This document shows positions 50,801-63,300 of a stretch of DNA of 64,000 bases, one piece after another (within the stretch, counting starts at the first letter, position 1; each line of letters begins with the position of its first letter). Source of the stretch: Octopus bimaculoides (lineage: Eukaryota); NCBI RefSeq assembly GCF_001194135.2, contig NC_069004.1:15547072-15611071 (forward strand), written 5' to 3'. A program made the position numbers and the translations under genes. The notes beneath the pieces are model-generated. The model was not told the DNA's origin. It worked only from the letters and a program-made list of their open reading frames with translations, and did no database searches.

Positions 50801-53800
50801 CACATCCTAATGTTTTATTAGAGTTACAGTGAACAATGTCCTGGGAGTCATAATTGCAGATGGTATGGTCGTGGTTGGAATGGCCTTTGATCATAGTTCT
50901 ACATGCTCTATCAGTGTTGACCGGGAGTTAAACAGTAACAACAGAAATAAAATTACTTAAAAATTTCATTAACAAGAATACTAACCAGGAATATCTTCCA
51001 TGTCAATGCAGCCCAAAAAGCGTAAAGCATCTTTGTAATATGGCGCATGGCTGTGAATCATGTGCAAATAAGAGCTTGATAAGTTATAGAAACGTCCATG
51101 GACTGAGGTAACTCCATCTAATCCTTCTAGCAGTTCTCGAGCTTCTTCTATGATTTTCTGAGGAAGAACAAAGAGGACAGCAAGATCAAAACCGAGAATA
51201 AAACATCAAAATTTCAGAAATTTAATCCATCCAAAAATAGAATAACAAATAAAAGAAGACATGGGACGAAGTATTAAAGGTTGATCTCAAAACACTGAGC
51301 CTTATGAGGGAAATGACAGAGGACTAAGATATGTGGTACACTGTTGTACTCAAGAAGACCTACCTACCACAATAGAATTGAGATCCTGAAAGTAAGGTGC
51401 CATGTAAAAGGCATTGGTGTAGGTGCTGGTACCATGTAAAAAGCACTGGTGATGGTCCCATATAAAAGGCACCCAGTAGACTCTGTAAAGTGGTTGGTGT
51501 TAGGAAGGGCATCTAGCCATAGAAACCAAGCCAAAACAGACAATGGAACATGGTGCCAGTTCCTGTCAAGCCCTCCAACCCATGTCAACATGAAAAACAG
51601 ACATTAAATGTTAATGATGATGAAGTTGCTCTAGTTTTTAAAAACATATAGAATTATACATGGTAGAGTGATAACTGAATTCAGACAATAACAGGGAAAA
51701 TAGTTGCAACGCGAAATTTTAAAATGTGATGTTAAACTATTCAACAAAAAAAAAAAATCTCTTATCATAAACTCACCTTTGTATCTTCAAGTTTATCACT
51801 TTTTAATTTTAAAGTGGCAATGGTGGTTAGCACTAAGATTTTTGCTTCTTCATTACTTTTAATCTGAATGAGAAGGAAGGAGTGTAATGTGAAAAATCAG
51901 GGTTAACACTAAAATATGCACAGACACACACAGACCTACACATACACTTCTCAGCAACTTGGTTGCAGACATCTCAACATCCTTCGCAAACTAAGAAAGG
52001 GTGATGAGCCAGTAACAGACCCTCTGTGTGATCATTAGACCTGTTAGAAATAACAATGAAATCTCTCTCAAAACACACCTTCCCATCTTTACTAAACAAC
52101 ATACTTCTGAGTGAAATAATCTCTCAATGTCATTTAGCAGCTGACTACAAATATTGAGGTGGGTGAGTTTTGTCAGAAAAAAGCTAGAAAGGGAAACAAT
52201 CTAAAATAATTCAGTAAGTTTTTTTTTTTTTTAAATCCCTTTTTTCCTTATTATGGATGAAAGGTTTGAATACATTCTTGGAGCAGGTGGTTTACAACTG
52301 TGAGAGATCCTATATTCTTGCTAGATATATTAAAGAAAAAATACCAGTCGGGTATTAGAAATAACCTTTGACTTCATGGTCTATTATTAATAAGAAACCT
52401 AACAATTACTCAGTCACACACAATAGAAACAGTTTGAAAACTTCATTGTCAGATTTAACAAATTTAAAATTTAAAAAGGACATTACTGTTAGAAAATTAA
52501 GCCAAATCTTAATTCATATTATAGCATTATAGCTTAAATTCTATTTGAGCTTTAGACTCTTTCTATTTCAACCAATTTCTGATGACATTTCCCTAACCAA
52601 TGTCTACATATCTATAAGTACTATCTGAGCAAGACATAAAAAGCTAATGGATCTAGTTCAAAACGGGGGCACCAGTATTTTCTTAACGAAACACTTTGAA
52701 ACTTGGGACACTGGTAGAATGTGTCATATAAAACATCTTTTTCTCTTAGTTTTCTTAACAAAAAAACGTACATTGCAAGTTATTCCATGTTAAAGTTGTT
52801 GTATTTCTGTAATTTCAACCAATGACTGACGTCCATTCAGTCGAATATAGTAAGTGCTGACTACGTAAGCAAACGATTCTGGCGGTAATAAAATTATTAT
52901 TTCCTTGTCAAAAAATGGCTGAAGCATATTGGCAGTAGGGTTAGGGTTAGGGAGTAGCTAATAAACTTTTCATAAAGTTCAGGCAGATGTTAACGAAATA
53001 AACACGCGTGAAAGAAAATGAAAAAAAGCAAATGTTGTACACATACAGTTCAGGCAGATGTTAACGAAATTATAAATGGAGATTAAATACGCTTTACACC
53101 GCTTAAACTGCCAAAGGAGTAAGTGTAAACAGCTGAATACTTGTCAGTGATTGGTTGAAATTATCGAAAAAAGACAATTTTTTACATGAAATAACTCCGA
53201 ATACAAAATTTTTTTTCTGTTCTACAACACAAAATAGATAAGTATACAAAGTTTGAAAGTCTTTCGGTACCAAAAACACTACATAAAACATAAATGAAAA
53301 CTGGTGCCCCCGTTTTGAACTAGATCCAAGCTAATTTCTAAAATTTAGTTGTTGGCTCACACACACTAAAACTGTCTCTCAGTTTCCTTTGTTCATATCC
53401 CAAAGATTATTGGAAGCATTAATTATTGAACTTCTGATTTCTCACTTCCAGTGTTTTATTACCATATTACATCATATTTACAAAATAAACATTAGCAAAC
53501 TCACTCATTAAAAACAACAAAAATAAAAAAATACCTTTTCTTTAATCTTCTCAAGGAATTCAACAGCTTGGTTTGCATCTACAATAAAGAAGAGAGAAGA
53601 CATTGATAAATGCTAGTTTAACCCTTCAAGTGATTAAGCTTTAAATAATCCTTTCTACTACAGGCATAAGGCCTGAAACTTTAGGGGAGGGGGCTAGTCA
53701 ATTACATTGACCCCAGTGCATAACTGGTACTTATCAACTCTGAAAGGATGAAAGGCAAAGTTGACCTCAGGGGAATTTTAAGTCAGGACACAAAGATGGA

Positions 53801-56800
53801 CGAAATACTGTTAAGCATTTTTCCCCGGTGTGCTAACGATTCTGCCAGCTCTCCGCCTTATTAACTTTTAAATTTACATCTATGCATACTATGAGACATC
53901 AGAGAAGGTATGTTTACAATTGAATGCTTGTCCTACTATTTCACTTTTAACCCTTCAGCATTCAGATATCTCCTGTCAAATGTAGTGCTAATTCATTAAT
54001 ATTGTTTTGAATTAATCATAAATTATCTCATAGCTTTGAAATTTCGATGTTTTTATATATATTTTAGAATGACATTATAAAGTATGTGTAAGAGGCCAAA
54101 TCCAGCTGGTTTGAACATATAACAGGTAGAATATTTTGACCAGATGTGGGTGGTTTAAATGCTAAAGGGTTAAGGAAATATCTAATCTGATATCTAATTT
54201 GAACCAGAACAAACTGAGGTAAACAGAGAAACGGGTTATATTAAGAAAACACAAAACAAGGTATAGAGCAAAGTTTAAGAATCTTCATCCATTACTTTAT
54301 GTGTTTTTCAATGTTGTCATGGGTTGGATGGATTTCACTTCTTGTTCCAATCTATTATCTGATACACCAACAGAGAAAAAAAGTTAACTCTGTTACTGTT
54401 AATGTAATATTTTTCTGTGAATTCAATTCTTTTTTAACTGGTGCCATTTCTATTACAAACCATTTCACAGTATGGATTCCACAATTTAATGTTCTACTTG
54501 CCCAAAAATCATAATCTCTTAGCCACTAATTAATATTTGAATGGTTGCTTACAATGTTTGAATTAGAAATACCTATTAAAAAAGGGAAAAAATCATAAAA
54601 GATGTTAGAACCTATATCTAAAAGGTATAAAACCTGCATCCTATGTTGGTATGGTTGTTGGAGGAAACAGAAACCATTGACTTACCACTTATCTGTTTTA
54701 CCACCTGGATTACGAGCTCAACCAAAGCCAGAGAATTGATCCTAGAAAAACAACATTGAACACAGGAATATATCAAATTGTGTCAAAACGTGTGAGAAAT
54801 ACGGGACAAAACAAGAAAATTTGCAGCTAAGATAAACAAGGATGATATATAGGTGAGACAACTATAACAGGAGATAGGTAAAGTGATGGCATGTAAGTGG
54901 CAGATGAAGAAGACAGAAACAGAGACACAGAATGGGACAATTGGATAGTGAAGTATGATAAGAGAGACAGTTAAAAACCTATCAGTTACATATGGTGATA
55001 GAACTGTATAGAGATAGTATCAAACACTTGATCAAATTTTATGTGTTTGTCCTTCCTCTTGTATATCAGATAATGTTATCTAAAGTCAGTAGAAGGTGAT
55101 TTGAGGGAGATTTGGCAGCAATTTCTAACAAGGTGGTTGATCAAATAGAACTGCCCTCAATGGCTTACATGCTTAACAATCCTCTCCCCGTCACCAAAAA
55201 ACTGCCTTATGTCATTGTTCTTTGAATACTGTTAGAGATTTCAATCTCCAAGAAGACATTCATCTTCATCATCACTTAACATCCGTTTTTCATGCTGGCA
55301 TGGGTTGGACAGTTTGACAGGATCCGGTGAGCTGTGTCCACAGCAACCAGATTTAATAGAACTTTGCTGAAGCCTAATGAAGACATCACAGCATCAGCTG
55401 CTTATGAAATAAATAAAAAAATTGACAAAAACAAAAAAAAAAACCCCAAAAAACTCACCTATGCTCAAAATCTGATATAAAGTTTTCATATAACTGCAAT
55501 AGAAAATCAAATATCATTTATAACACTGAATATTAAACATGTAACATAACTGAGGTGTGGGTGTATATAACAGATATAAGTGAGGTGTGGATATATATGA
55601 CAGATTTAATTAGTGTGGGTCTATATAACAGAGGTGTGAGTGTGTATAAAAGATATAACTGAGTAGTGGGTGTATATAGATATAACTGAGGTGTGGGGGT
55701 ATATAAAAGATATAACTGAGGAGTGGGTGTATATAACAGATATAACTGAAGTGTGGGTATATATAACAGATAACTGAGGAGTGGATATTAATTTAATCAG
55801 TGTATGTCTATGTAACAGAGGTGTGGGTGTATATAACACCTATATTTTCTGCATTAGTCACAGGTTTACCAATGCCTTGTGGGTGGAAATTGGTAAATGG
55901 AAATCATATAGAAACTTGTAATGTATAAGTATGTGCTTAGATTGGGAATAGTTTCTCTTTCAAACATGTCTTAAAGACATATTTGGCTTTGATGTTTGTT
56001 TTTATTAATGATTTGACATATCTCTTTAATGGTCCTTTAGGTTTAGTTTTGCAATATGTTCCTAAATCCATTAATGTTTCAAAATTGTTTCAGTTCAATC
56101 CTCAAAATGAAATGATGCTGGAATGGAGTGTTTTCAAAAACTTTGTATTGGATCACCAGACGGTAATAAGTAGGTATTGCTTTCTTTTAATTTTTTAGCA
56201 ACAAATTAAAAAAATTATTCAACTGTTAAAATATAGCAATTCTCATAATAAAGTACATGAAGTAGTTGTCATATATGTACAATTGTTAAGCTTTCCACCA
56301 GCTCAACTATGGAACAAAACTGAAGATATAATGAAAATGGTTAACCATAATAACTACAAGATTTAACTGAAATATAGTTCTTAAATTTGATATTAGAAAG
56401 AAAAATATATAACAAACATTCCCAGGATCCTCTTATCCAATGTAACATGTGGAAACAGGTCATTCTACAATGATCTTCTTGTGAGGATGGAGTTGAGATA
56501 ACTTTGGCACATTAATGGAATGTTCTTCCAAAAATTCTTTTAAGAGCAAGAATAGAAATAATTTATTAAACAGACTAGGTGCAGGCATGGCTGTGTGGTA
56601 AAAAGCTTGCTTCCCAACCACATGGCTCTGGGTTCAGTCCCACTGCGTGACACCATGGGCAGGTGTCTTCAGCTATAGCTTCAGGCCAACCAAAGAAGTT
56701 CATTGTATGTACATGTGTGTGTGAGTGTGCGTGTGCATTTGCTTTGCATCACTGCTTGACGACAGCCTGTGTTGTTGTGTATACATCTCCATAAGTTAGC

Positions 56801-56822
56801 AGTTCAGCAAAAGAGACTGACA

Positions 56823-56861
<39 letters not shown>

Positions 56862-59404
56862 AGTGGAGTCAATTCATTTGCTTAAAAATTCTTCAAGGCA
56901 GTGCCCCAGCATGGCCAGTCTAATGACTGAAGTAAAAGATAAAAGACAAAATGATCATCTATACCAAGTCCATAACTTGTAGGGGAGTTGATGTAATTTT
57001 CCATAATTAGCTTATTTGAGGAGAAATCATTCAATAATATTACTTCCATATGGAAAAGCACATGAAGCCATACAACTTATAATATTTAATCTGTACAACA
57101 GGTAGAATCAAAAAGTGTTATATATATTAATACAAATAAAGTTTCTTACTTTGATTAAACCATCTCCAGTGCTAAATATAGGGTCTTTTACAAAGTCCTG
57201 CAGCTTCAAAGTGAGTTGATGCCATAATCTGAAAAAAACCCCCATATGTTATTATTTAATATAAACAGACATTTATATATAAATATGTATTGATATAGAA
57301 GCATTGAATATCAAATTTATCCTCCTTACATGGTATAATGTCAGTCTTAGAAGAATATGGTTGACTGAACTGGAAACATTTTTTTGTTACTGTAACTTAT
57401 TGATGACAGAAGGATTAGAGGTAACTGATTCTACCAGGATTCAAACACAAAACAGTGAGACACCGAATTAATCTCTGATGTTATTCCACTTGTCAAGATG
57501 TGTTTGAGTGTTATGCTTTCACCAACCTTAACTACTTGCTTTACAGTAGTAACCTACAAGGTAATTAATTACAATACTTCCATTGAAAACATGACTTGTA
57601 ATAGAGGAAGAGAGGTAACAAGAATTCTCATTTCATATCACCTTCATCCGATAGCAAGTTGTTGTGAGCGTTGTTGGTGGATGTTGTTTGTTAACCAAAC
57701 AAAACCTATGATTAAAAGCCTTTCAGTCACAATCGCCTCATTATCTACCAAGGCACAATGCACCTTAAGAGGACATTATCCAACGTCTCCTCCTTTTCTC
57801 AATGTGTGTGATATGAGGGAAGGTTTGGCTTCTGTTTCTAGTGGGCTGAACCACCACGTAGACATTCCCTTGTAATCTAATTTGAAGATTTTGTGAAAAG
57901 AGTGAAAGAGAACCAGTTTACCTACTCTTGCAGACTAGCACACATTTCGAAGTCAAATTTTGCAAGAGAGCTAACAAACTGCCAATATAGACAGCAAATC
58001 ACAAAGAAACTATATTACACTGATGAATCTTCGAAGAAAAAGTAAAACGTGTTCTTGTACTGGTTTCAATCATTAGACTGTGGTTAGGTTGGGGCACTGA
58101 CTTCAGTGGATCTTAGCCATCTTATCAATCAATTATTTTTTTTTTCAGCCTGATGTTTATTTTATTTAATGGTTATTTTGTACACCTTTTTTTTGGGGNN
58201 NNNNNNNNNNNNNNNNNNNNNNNNNNGGATGTAAATAAACTGTAGCGTTGGCAGACGATCCCTGTTCACACCGGTATTCACAGATCGTGATGGAAAAATA
58301 TTAGTCATATACTAGTGTTATTTTCAGGTTCTGAAAATACTTTGGATGTTTAATGCTGTAACTAATTATCACGCAGACGGCATCCGATGTAAATTTAATC
58401 AGTACTTAGCAGCGACAACAGTAAACAAAAGCAGCATTAGACCAAAGTCTACAACCAGGTTTCAATTCTCATTAAACCCATTTCACGCCAATTTTAAGGC
58501 GTGGAACCATTTAAAAATACATTTATATACATTTCACAAATACCTGGTAACTAGAAACTTTTCCTTAGTTTAGAGAAAATAATTGTTTTACATTTCAAAG
58601 AAAGGGAAATTGTAGATATTTAAAAAGTTCTGCGGCTTGAGTGTGATGTCAACTAGCATTTTATTTTCTTCTTATAAATACACTACTCATCTGCTTTGTT
58701 TTAAAATGTAAACATCAATTTATTAGGGTAATAAAAATAAAAATGTAATTTAATATTTATTTTATTTTGCTCGAAGAAAGCTTTTGATGAGTGGCGCTCA
58801 CGTCTGGGTCTAAATTTTATTTATTATAAGAATAAAATTAATGTTGCTGTAGTTATTAATAATACCACTGATGCTCCTGAGAAAAGCTAGGATGTCCTAA
58901 TTTCTTAATAGAATAAGCTTTTTACTTCTTGATATCAGTTCTACTACCAGGTAAACGAAAGATTTACAATTATAGAGGCCGAAAGTAAAACAAACCAACA
59001 TCTTTTATTCCTTAATTGTTACTTCTCCCCTTTTATTCCGGCTCAGATCAAGTACATAGTAATAATTATTACACATACTAAAAAGTACTGAAACAGTTAA
59101 ACTGAGATATAAGTAGTTTCACAAAATGAAATCTAATAAAACGAATAGCAATCTTAATTATCTATTCAGTGGAAACATTGGAAATAAAACCAATAAAGAA
59201 GAGAAAATCCAGAAATTTGTCGAGTCATAAGGGAAACAAAGCGTGATGGGCTGTAAAGAAGAAAGAATAGTTTAAATGAAAGGAAAAGCTAGAAAATATA
59301 TACTTCTTGTTGTAAAGTTCCTCTAGTTCGGTCCATTTATGTGTTATCTGTCCAGAACTATTTTTTTGCTGATCGTCCAAATAAGCTGCAATATCTTTCG
59401 GCAT
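44895..59404 (-). CDS. PSMD13: 26S proteasome non-ATPase regulatory subunit 13 (Rpn9); 12 exons found, last exon not visible
   Basis: Exons 59304-59404, 57150-57228, 55459-55493, 54686-54741, 53535-53578, 51777-51863, 50986-51157, 50252-50331, 48614-48739, 47585-47647, 46590-46670, 44895-45011. All GT-AG and in phase. Motifs [72 protein letters not shown]. No stop reached; about 30 C-terminal residues are missing. Confidence 0.96.
45141..45320 (+). mobile_element. piggyBac-like MITE copy
   Basis: ttaactctttagcattcaga...tttgaatgctaaagggttaa, TTAA at both ends; internal sequence shared with 53947-54173. Confidence 0.75.
52649..53327. mobile_element. Non-autonomous DNA transposon (Merlin-like), 679 bp, in PSMD13 intron 5
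   Basis: Perfect 27-bp TIRs GGATCTAGTTCAAAACGGGGGCACCAG (52649-52675 / 53301-53327) and a perfect 8-bp TSD AAGCTAAT (52641-52648 / 53328-53335). Confidence 0.88.
53947..54173 (+). mobile_element. piggyBac-like MITE (TTAA|CCCT...AGGG|TTAA), representative copy
   Basis: ttaacccttcagcattc...aatgctaaagggttaa with TTAA at both ends. Related copies at about 16200-16330 (half), 17488-17698 (reverse), 22880-23090, 36750-36975, 39065-39276, 45141-45320 and 48290-48503 (reverse). Confidence 0.8.
55546..55840. repeat. ~30-bp minisatellite (ATAACTGAGGTGTGGGTGTATATAACAGAT), about 9-10 degenerate copies, PSMD13 intron 2
   Basis: Direct reading of the repeated unit, starting about 50 nt from exon 3. Confidence 0.85.
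56575..56945 (+). mobile_element. SINE family B copy in PSMD13 intron 2
   Basis: Same head, body and 3' end (aaggcagtgccccagcatggcc.agtctaatgactgaa...aaaaga). Confidence 0.75.
57710..57880. repeat. Dispersed repeat family F (GAGATTTGGCTGCTATTTCTAG core); representative copy
   Basis: Related segments at about 1290-1450, 7490-7690, 8720-8870, 10290-10370, 17000-17090, 25460-25640, 28690-28900, 32990-33200, 42480-42650, 50750-50945, 52000-52110, 55060-55170. Confidence 0.6.
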
Positions 59405-59615
59405 CGCGAACAATTTTGACACAATCTCAACTTAACGCTGTCTCTTTGCACCGTATGTGTACACTACTAACAGGAGAGTTACTTCATAAGGGAAGTCACT
59501 CACTGCCACAACACGTGCTCTAAAGTTTCATGAATTGGTGTTATCGAACGATTTATGGTATGTCCGTGTGTATGAAATATATATATATATATATATATAT
59601 TTATTTGTTTATTTA

Positions 59616-59767
59616 TATAAGGGCATTACTATACAAAAATGCCTCACGCTATGAGGGACTCTAAGGTCAGACTACCATAATAAACACATTTTTACTGGTT
59701 TATTATGGGAGTCTGACCTTAGAGTCCCTCATAGCGTGAGGCATTCTTGTATAGTAATGCCCTTATA
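59616..59767. repeat. Long inverted repeat: 70-bp arms (68/70 match), 12-nt spacer
   Basis: Arms 59616-59685 and 59698-59767, spacer ACATTTTTACTG; a (TA)n tract lies to the left. Confidence 0.95.
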
Positions 59768-60192
59768 CAAATAAATATATTTTGGGGAATAAATGATGGA
59801 TTTTTTCCCTTATGAGGTTTTTTTCACGCTAGCTACTTGATAAATTCTTGTAAAAGAATTCATCCTATTGTTGAATTTATATATATATATATTTGATATA
59901 TATGTATTTATTTTCTCTTAGTTAACAATTAACTCCGACAAAACAAATTGGCTAATAGATATCAGGGTAGCAAAGATCACAAAATGACTGTGGTGTAACT
60001 CCCTGTTAATTTGGGGTATTTGAGTAAATATGAAATTTAATAAATGGAGTATTACGCATATGTTAACATGCGTAATATATATATATATATATATATACGT
60101 ATAGCGATGCAAACAGGAAAAATAGAACACAAAATATGAATATCTATATTTTTATTGATATTTAATAGAAGCAACGTATATATGTACATATA

Positions 60193-60390
60193 TACGAAGG
60201 GATGTCGAAAAGTTCCTGGCTGTAAGGGTGTCGCGAAAGGCCTGGTTGGGAGGCCCAAACTTCCGAATTCTTTTACATGGCTTAGAAAAACTGAAGGACC
60301 GCTACAATAAATGTGTGAATATGAGAGGTGAATATGTTAAAGAAAATCATGATTACCCAAAGACAAGAACTGTTCAAAAACCCTCTCGTG
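60193..60390 (+). mobile_element. Mariner-derived MITE (~200 bp)
   Basis: Imperfect TIRs tacgaagggatgtcgaaaagttcctggc / agacaagaactgttcaaaaaccctctcgtg. The internal frame LEKLKDRYNKCVNMRGEYV resembles the mariner transposase C-terminus (G..KL..RW.KC....G.YVE). Confidence 0.75.
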
Positions 60391-63300
60391 TGTGTCTATA
60401 TATATACGCTCGCGCAAAAAGCTGACAGTCACTTCGAAGTTTCGGTAGGTAATCTGACGAAGTCTACTAAACCAAAATTTGGAAATAACAGTCAATTTTT
60501 CCTGTCTAAACAAAGTATGACATTGGGCAAGTGTCTTCTACTCTAGCCTTGTGAGTAGATTTTATAGACGAAAACTGAAAGAACCCCGTCGTGTATATAC
60601 GTTGGGACATACCAGTAAATGGTTCCTACACCATTTTACATGTAGTCACAGACGGCGATTTAACTTTCAGCGGACCTCGTTGATAAGTCACAAAAATGAC
60701 GAAACATCGATGTCCATCGCTCCTAAATGAGGCCTAGTGCGAGTTATCTTGCTTGTCTAAGACTGACTTCCATGTTTTAACATCAAGCGCATTGATGAGA
60801 ATATATTCACTTCCGCCTAAAAGCGCAGCCTACCCATGATCATCATCATCTCTTAATGTCTATGTTCCATGGACCTAAACCATGCTCTATTACAACGCAG
60901 AGTCATATATGAGGCAGAGGTGACACAATGGACCCTAATGTGCAATCAAACGTGTGGAAGTGAGTGGAATAGAAAGTTCTTTCAGGACCAGATTTAATAG
61001 CATGATATCCCGGAGATGCAAAGTCAAAACACTATATGGTTGTTGAAGAAAAGTGTCACAGATTACAACACCAAGTGGGAAATTTTGGAGAAGTACAGGC
61101 TTTATTTTAATATTAACAGAAAATGCAGGCCATGCATTAAAACTTCCGTCGTCATAATATTATAGACAGCTATTACGCACAAAATCCCAGCTTCCAAATC
61201 CTGCTTTCTGATTGGATAAAAATAATTAAACATTAAACCCCTAAATTTTTTCTGGAACAAGTGAATAACAAAATCATATTCAGAGTGGAGAATTATATCA
61301 ATATACCAAATTTGAAAATTTTCATTTAATTTCAAAATTTCAAAAACTGTTAGCGATACAGGAAACATCTAAATATGCTAAATATATGATAGTAGTTTGG
61401 TTTAGAAAAAGCGCACCAAAGATGAAATTGCTGTTAGGTCTGGTTCCACGCGATGTCTTGAATAGTAAGTTTTTTTTTTTTATGACATTGGTAATATTCT
61501 AACGAATCTCGATTGTCTTCCCTTAATACGAAAGTATAGACTTGCATTGTGCATCTTCTCTCTCTCTCTCTCTTTCACTCTATATAAATTTATCATTATT
61601 ACTGCTGTTCTGGTAATAGTAATAATGGTCAAATTTTAAGATAATTCCACACCAAAACAAAGACATTAAACAATATCTAGAATAATAGTACATTAGTGAC
61701 GAGCTCCTGCTTCTATAGATGCATATCCGTTTGTTACATAGTTTCGGATTTATATTTAACTTAAATAATTGAATACTGACAAAATAATTCTTAATCTACT
61801 TAATTAAAAAAAAAAATATATATATTTTAAAATATTTAATTATTTGTGATCATTGAATATATGATATGCCTATAACTGATTGTTTTTCTCAATATACGAA
61901 TCTTCCACTGTCCAATGTAGTTCCTTCATTTGAGTGTCTCCATATTCGAACTTGGATCGAATCACTGACTGCATCGCTCGGTAATTAAAACATTTTATTA
62001 CATTATTTTAATTTTGAAATTATTATTTATGCTTTAATACTAGAATTACCGTGTTGATAATTTAATTTTTGTTATTTTACTGCATTAGTTTTATGAAAGT
62101 ATTGTCCAATTTCATCCGAAGTTGCTGTCCATCTGTTAGACATTTCAAACTATTTTTCTGCTCCACACAGGATTTCTTTCAGATACATCAATATATATTT
62201 GTTTATGCATTTCATAATTAATATTAGAAACTATTTGATATGGTAGAACATTTTGAGATAGGAAGAGTTGATATATAAACGAGTCCACGTGAATACTTTA
62301 TGTATAGAAATATTGAGACCCAGAAAAAATGATACTACTTACATACTGCACAGTTTGCATTTAGATCTGTTCCTCAATTGTTTTTCTTATTCAGTTTAAA
62401 TCCCTTCCTGGTTTCATTTTTTACCTTACAGTTGCCTAATGTTGGCATAAATTATATTTACATGGATATGAGACTTAAATCGGTTACAAGAAGCAGTTAA
62501 ATTCCAAAATATTAAGTTTCATAGTCCAACTCAATTTGTAATGGAAATATGTCTTTTAATTACAAAATTAAATTATAAAACTGCCTTAGTTTTTTTTTAT
62601 TTGATATCACTTCAATTGTAATATTCAAATATATAAACTGCATTTATAATTATTGTATGTCACGTTTTTTTTTTGTTTTTAGTTTATTTTAGCTGTTATA
62701 CGGCTAAAGTATTACAGGATACTATATGTTACCCAGGTTTCCTGAAGTGACTTCTTTGTATCACAAATCAACTAATTTTTCTTTAATAAGACTGTGAATC
62801 CCTCATTTTATCATTATATATACACACACACACACACATATATATATATAATCAACCGCGCATACTCAACGTATGTCTTTTGCTTGTTCGCCGGCTCTTT
62901 GCGACAAAGCATCTGAAGGTCGGTTCCCTCATTGCATCGAGTGTTAAAACACTTGAAACTCATAGATACGGTGCGTGTATACACGCACACACTTTCTAAT
63001 AAACGACACTAGTCTCTTTTATTCCTGCTAGGTTTTTTTTTTGACTGTCTTTTGATAGTAATTATTCTCTTCACTTGTGATTTGTCTCTGCCATATATAT
63101 AATGTATGTATGTCGCTGCAGTGTGATATTTAATTAACGGTATTATTCTGGAATTAAAGTTTTGATAGATGAAGACGCGGTTCTGTGGTGAAAGAAGCTC
63201 GCTTTGCAAACGTTTAATTTCGGCTTTAGTCCCACATTGCGGCACATTGGGAAAATGTCTTCTAATATAGCCCCGGGCCCGACCGATGCTTTGTGAGTGA

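Noticed and set aside
57498-57875. 125-aa ORF in PSMD13 intron 1 (opposite strand)
   Set aside because: No recognisable domain; the 3' half lies in dispersed repeat family F.
59296-59303. U12-type introns (GTAT-starting donors in PSMD13)
   Set aside because: None match GTATCCTT; they are ordinary U2 donors.
61860-62370. Possible mariner/Tc1 relic or ankyrin-like exon (GTDLNANC)
   Set aside because: An in-frame stop lies immediately upstream, there is no proper acceptor, and no TIR pair was identified.
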